Part shown: piece after piece, positions 61,577 through 64,000 of the stretch | How positions within the stretch are numbered: the stretch's first letter is position 1 | Layout of the letters: each line of letters starts with the position of its first letter | From: Dehalococcoidia bacterium | GTDB taxonomy: Bacteria; Chloroflexota; Dehalococcoidia; UBA2979 | DNA length: 64,000 nt | NCBI GenBank assembly: GCA_965262725.1 | Contig: OZ253555.1 | Span: 3,584,001 to 3,648,000, forward strand | Reading direction: 5' to 3' | Made by a program: the position numbers and the translations under genes | Notes under the pieces: model-generated | What the model saw: the letters and a program-made list of their open reading frames with translations, nothing else | What the model was told of the DNA's origin: nothing | Databases searched by the model: none

Positions 61577-62433
61577 CGGAGAGAGCATCAACCGCCGAGC
61601 CGGCACCGGTCGTCGGCGCCGAGTGGCTCGCCGCTCACATCGATGAGCCCGGACTCGCCCTCATCCACGTCACGAACAACCGCGCAGAGTACGACTCGGG
61701 CCACCTCCCGCGGGCCGTCTACGCGCACGGCTACGACGACTTCACGGCGGAGCGGGACGGGATCCGCGCGCTCGTCCCCGGGCGCGCGGAGATGGCGGCG
61801 ACGCTCGGCCGGCTCGGCGTCGCGACCGATGCGCGCATCGTCCTCTACGCCAGCGAGCCCTCCGCCTGGCCCTCCCGCGCCTACTGGGTGCTGCGCTACT
61901 TTCGCTGGCCGCGCGTTCACATCGCCGAGGCCGCCCTCCCGGCGCTCCGGCGCGCCGGGCTTCCCACCAACACCGAGCTCCGTCACCGCGAGCGGACCAC
62001 CGTCGAGCTGCCAGAGCCCGACCCATCCCTGCTCGCCAGCTACGAACAGGTGCTCGATGTCGTGGAGGGCCGGGCGGGCGGCCGGCTGGCCCAGGTGCTC
62101 GACTGCCGCACCACCGAGGAACACCGCGGGGAAGAGGCCGGTGCGCACCCGGCCCCCCGCTCCGGTCGCGTCCCGGGCTCGATTCACATGAACTGGGAGA
62201 TGCTCGTCGACGGGGACGGGCGGTTCCTCCCGCGCGACCAGCTCCGATCCCTCTACGCCGCCGCCGGCGTCGACGGATCGCGCGAGGTCTTCCCTTATTG
62301 CGGCGGCGGCGTCCGCTCCGCCGCGAGCTGGTTCGCCATGCACGAGCTGCTCGGATTCGAGGGGGCCCGCAACTACGACGGCTCTTGGGCCGAGTGGTCG
62401 CGGCGCGCGGAGCTCCCCGTGGAGCGCGGGTAA
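61573..62433 (+). CDS. Tandem-domain rhodanese / sulfurtransferase
   Basis: YDSGHLPRA, LDCR, GRVPGS, active-site YCGGGVRS and NYDGSWAEW. Confidence 0.93.
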   Translation: MTERASTAEPAPVVGAEWLAAHIDEPGLALIHVTNNRAEYDSGHLPRAVYAHGYDDFTAERDGIRALVPGRAEMAATLGRLGVATDARIVLYASEPSAWPSRAYWVLRYFRWPRVHIAEAALPALRRAGLPTNTELRHRERTTVELPEPDPSLLASYEQVLDVVEGRAGGRLAQVLDCRTTEEHRGEEAGAHPAPRSGRVPGSIHMNWEMLVDGDGRFLPRDQLRSLYAAAGVDGSREVFPYCGGGVRSAASWFAMHELLGFEGARNYDGSWAEWSRRAELPVERG

Positions 62434-62658
62434 GTAGTCTTCCGGGGGCGGGGCACCCCCACCGAGCCCGGCAGCGGCCACGCTGCGGCGACGCATCCTG
62501 TGCCTCTGAGAGCAGCCCTGCAGTACTCGCGACCTCGGCACGGATCGTGCCCGAGCAGGTCGCGGCCTTCCCGGCGAGCCCATCTCCGCTCCGGCCAGCG
62601 CCAGCTCGTCGCGCATCCGCACCTCCTCCGACCGCTCCTGCTCTTCCTCCAGCAGCCG

Positions 62659-62697
62659 GGCGATGTCCCCTCGCTCGGCGAGCGAGGGGACATCGCC
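62659..62697. repeat. Perfect 39-bp palindrome
   Basis: GGCGATGTCCCCTCGCTCG-G-CGAGCGAGGGGACATCGCC: 19-bp arms with a 1-nt centre. Confidence 0.95.
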
Positions 62698-62891
62698 TTC
62701 CCGCACGGCGGCGTGCGCCTCCGCCTGGTTCACGAGCCGCCCGGCCGTCGGCACGGCCTGCGGACTCACCCAGCTTCGAGGCGATCTCACGCAGGCGTGC
62801 GGCTTCACCCCGGACCGCCCGGAGGCGGCCGAGACCCTCCTCGACCCACCCGCAGGCCCGTCCTTCTGAGGGTTCTCTCCACGAGCATGTC

Positions 62892-63051
62892 GTGGCCGGT
62901 CCGCTCGGTGGCCGGTCCGCTCGGTGGCCGGTCCGCTCGGTGGCCGGTCCGCTCGGTGGCCGGTCCGCTCGGTGGCCGGTCCGCTCGGTGGCCGGTCCGC
63001 TCGGTGGCCGGTCCGCTCGGTGGCCGGTCCGCTCGGTGGCCGGTCCGCTCG
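62892..63051. repeat. Perfect tandem repeat, 10 x 16 bp
   Basis: (GTGGCCGGTCCGCTCG)10 with no spacers and no mismatches. Confidence 0.97.
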
Positions 63052-63366
63052 TTCGACACGAATCGCCGGTACGATGGCGGTAGCGATCTCGCGCCGGCAG
63101 ACATCGGGCAGGTGAATCCGCGCGTGCAGCCGGGTTCCCCGCTCGAGCTGGTGCCGGTCGGTCGCACTGCGACTCTCGGCCACGGTCCGTCCGTCGCCGC
63201 CGGCCCCGGGATGACAACGGTCACGGCCCCGCAGCGCCTCGTTTCCCTCTGAGCCTGGCGGCGTCCGTTCATTGGCCAGAACCGGCGCCCGGCGACATAT
63301 TCCTGCGACATTTGATCGCCATCGTGAGCAGGAATCGCTGATACCTCACGAAAGAGGCGAAACGAC

Positions 63367-64000
63367 ATGAGTTGCAGGAGTCCGCTGACGAACAAGTACA
63401 TGGCCGGGTCGGTCCTGGGGGCCATACTCGCGGCGGTGATCATCAGCGGCTGTACCGTCGGCGGACACAGGGACAGCGGGGATTCCGACCGCTCCACCGC
63501 AAGCCATGCCAGCTCCGAGCGAGAGGATGGCCACTCTGGAGATGAGCACGGCGGTGGAGAAGGGAGTGGAGGCGACGGTGAACACGGCGCTGGTTCTGAG
63601 GGCGGTCGAGAGAGCAGTGAGGCCGCCAGGTCGAGCCCGATCACGCCTCTCGGGCAGGCGTGGAGCGGTGTTCTCGGCGGGTTGGCTGTCTCCATGCAGT
63701 ACGATCCGGCAACCCGGTCCGTCCACGGAACCGTGCGGAACACGCTCGCAAGCACCCTTTGCTACGTACAGGCAGAACCCCACCTGAAGTCGGGAACGAA
63801 GACCGTAGGAGAGCTTGGCCCTGAGAAGCTGGGACAGCTGAACCCGGGACAGGAAGTAGCGTCCAGCCTCTCAGTCGCGAGCGAACCGAGCCTTGCAGGC
63901 GTCTCCTTCGATGGCTACGTCGTTCACATGGAGGTCTTTGACTGCAACGGCCCTGACCCAGCGGCCCACCGAGGAGGAGAAGGTACCGAAGGCGGTGGTG
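63367..64000 (+). CDS. Lipoprotein with His/Gly/Glu-rich linkers (runs off window)
   Basis: Not in the ORF track. Manual translation: MSCRSPLTNKYMAGSVLGAILAAVIISGC (lipobox), GHSGDEHGGGEGSGGDGEHG, then a beta-rich domain YDPATRSVHGTVRNT...CYVQAEPHL..GELGP..LNPGQ. GAGG RBS upstream. Confidence 0.8.
   Translation, partial: MSCRSPLTNKYMAGSVLGAILAAVIISGCTVGGHRDSGDSDRSTASHASSEREDGHSGDEHGGGEGSGGDGEHGAGSEGGRESSEAARSSPITPLGQAWSGVLGGLAVSMQYDPATRSVHGTVRNTLASTLCYVQAEPHLKSGTKTVGELGPEKLGQLNPGQEVASSLSVASEPSLAGVSFDGYVVHMEVFDCNGPDPAAHRGGEGTEGGG

Noticed and set aside
62892-63051. CRISPR array
   Set aside because: Units are directly adjacent with no unique spacers, only 16 bp long, and no cas genes are in the window.
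61588-63755. Long ORFs crossing the tandem repeat (61588-63183, 61742-63217, 62298-63083, 62500-63252, 62805-63755)
   Set aside because: They stay open because the repeat and GC-rich DNA lack stops, several overlap real genes antisense, and none has recognisable motifs. A decayed gene at about 62550-62860 (minus) is possible but unidentifiable.

Overview
GC-rich bacterial chromosomal segment. Inference: Chloroflexota, probably class Dehalococcoidia, based on the RpoC N-terminus [10 protein letters not shown] and the gene content. Most of the window is housekeeping: rpoB-rpoC, glycerate kinase, proB-proA, a family-5 ABC solute-binding lipoprotein, ileS, murJ, rpsT, rodZ-like/rimO, scpB, thpR, fabF, folC, FBP aldolase/phosphatase-rdgB-moaA-moaC, tsaD, CIRCE-groES-groEL, a K+ channel, fhs, an M16 peptidase, a mutY-like gene, lysA-holB-ricT and a rhodanese. 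There are four accessory patches. (i) At 29.9-34.0 kb an orphan tRNA-Ala 3' half is followed by an intact IS21 nested in an IS5, which itself appears to interrupt a histidine-phosphatase remnant. (ii) An intact IS5-family element at 37.7-39.1 kb has a CTAG target duplication. (iii) At 48.7-52.0 kb a K+ channel and a codon-atypical fhs lie next to an orphan tRNA-Arg-like 3' end. (iv) At 62.4-64 kb a perfect 39-bp palindrome and a perfect 10x16-bp tandem array precede a truncated His/Gly/Glu-rich lipoprotein. No CRISPR array, rRNA or intact tRNA was found. I cannot demonstrate a new multi-gene system from sequence alone. The best leads are the palindrome/array locus, the two orphan tRNA 3' ends, a GIHH/KMAKS IleRS, a MutY-like protein lacking the catalytic Glu, a LexA-type box over a tiny Zn-ribbon gene, and terminator-containing leaders upstream of groES and a SWIM-like gene. 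All calls come from motif recognition by eye, and start codons were chosen manually.
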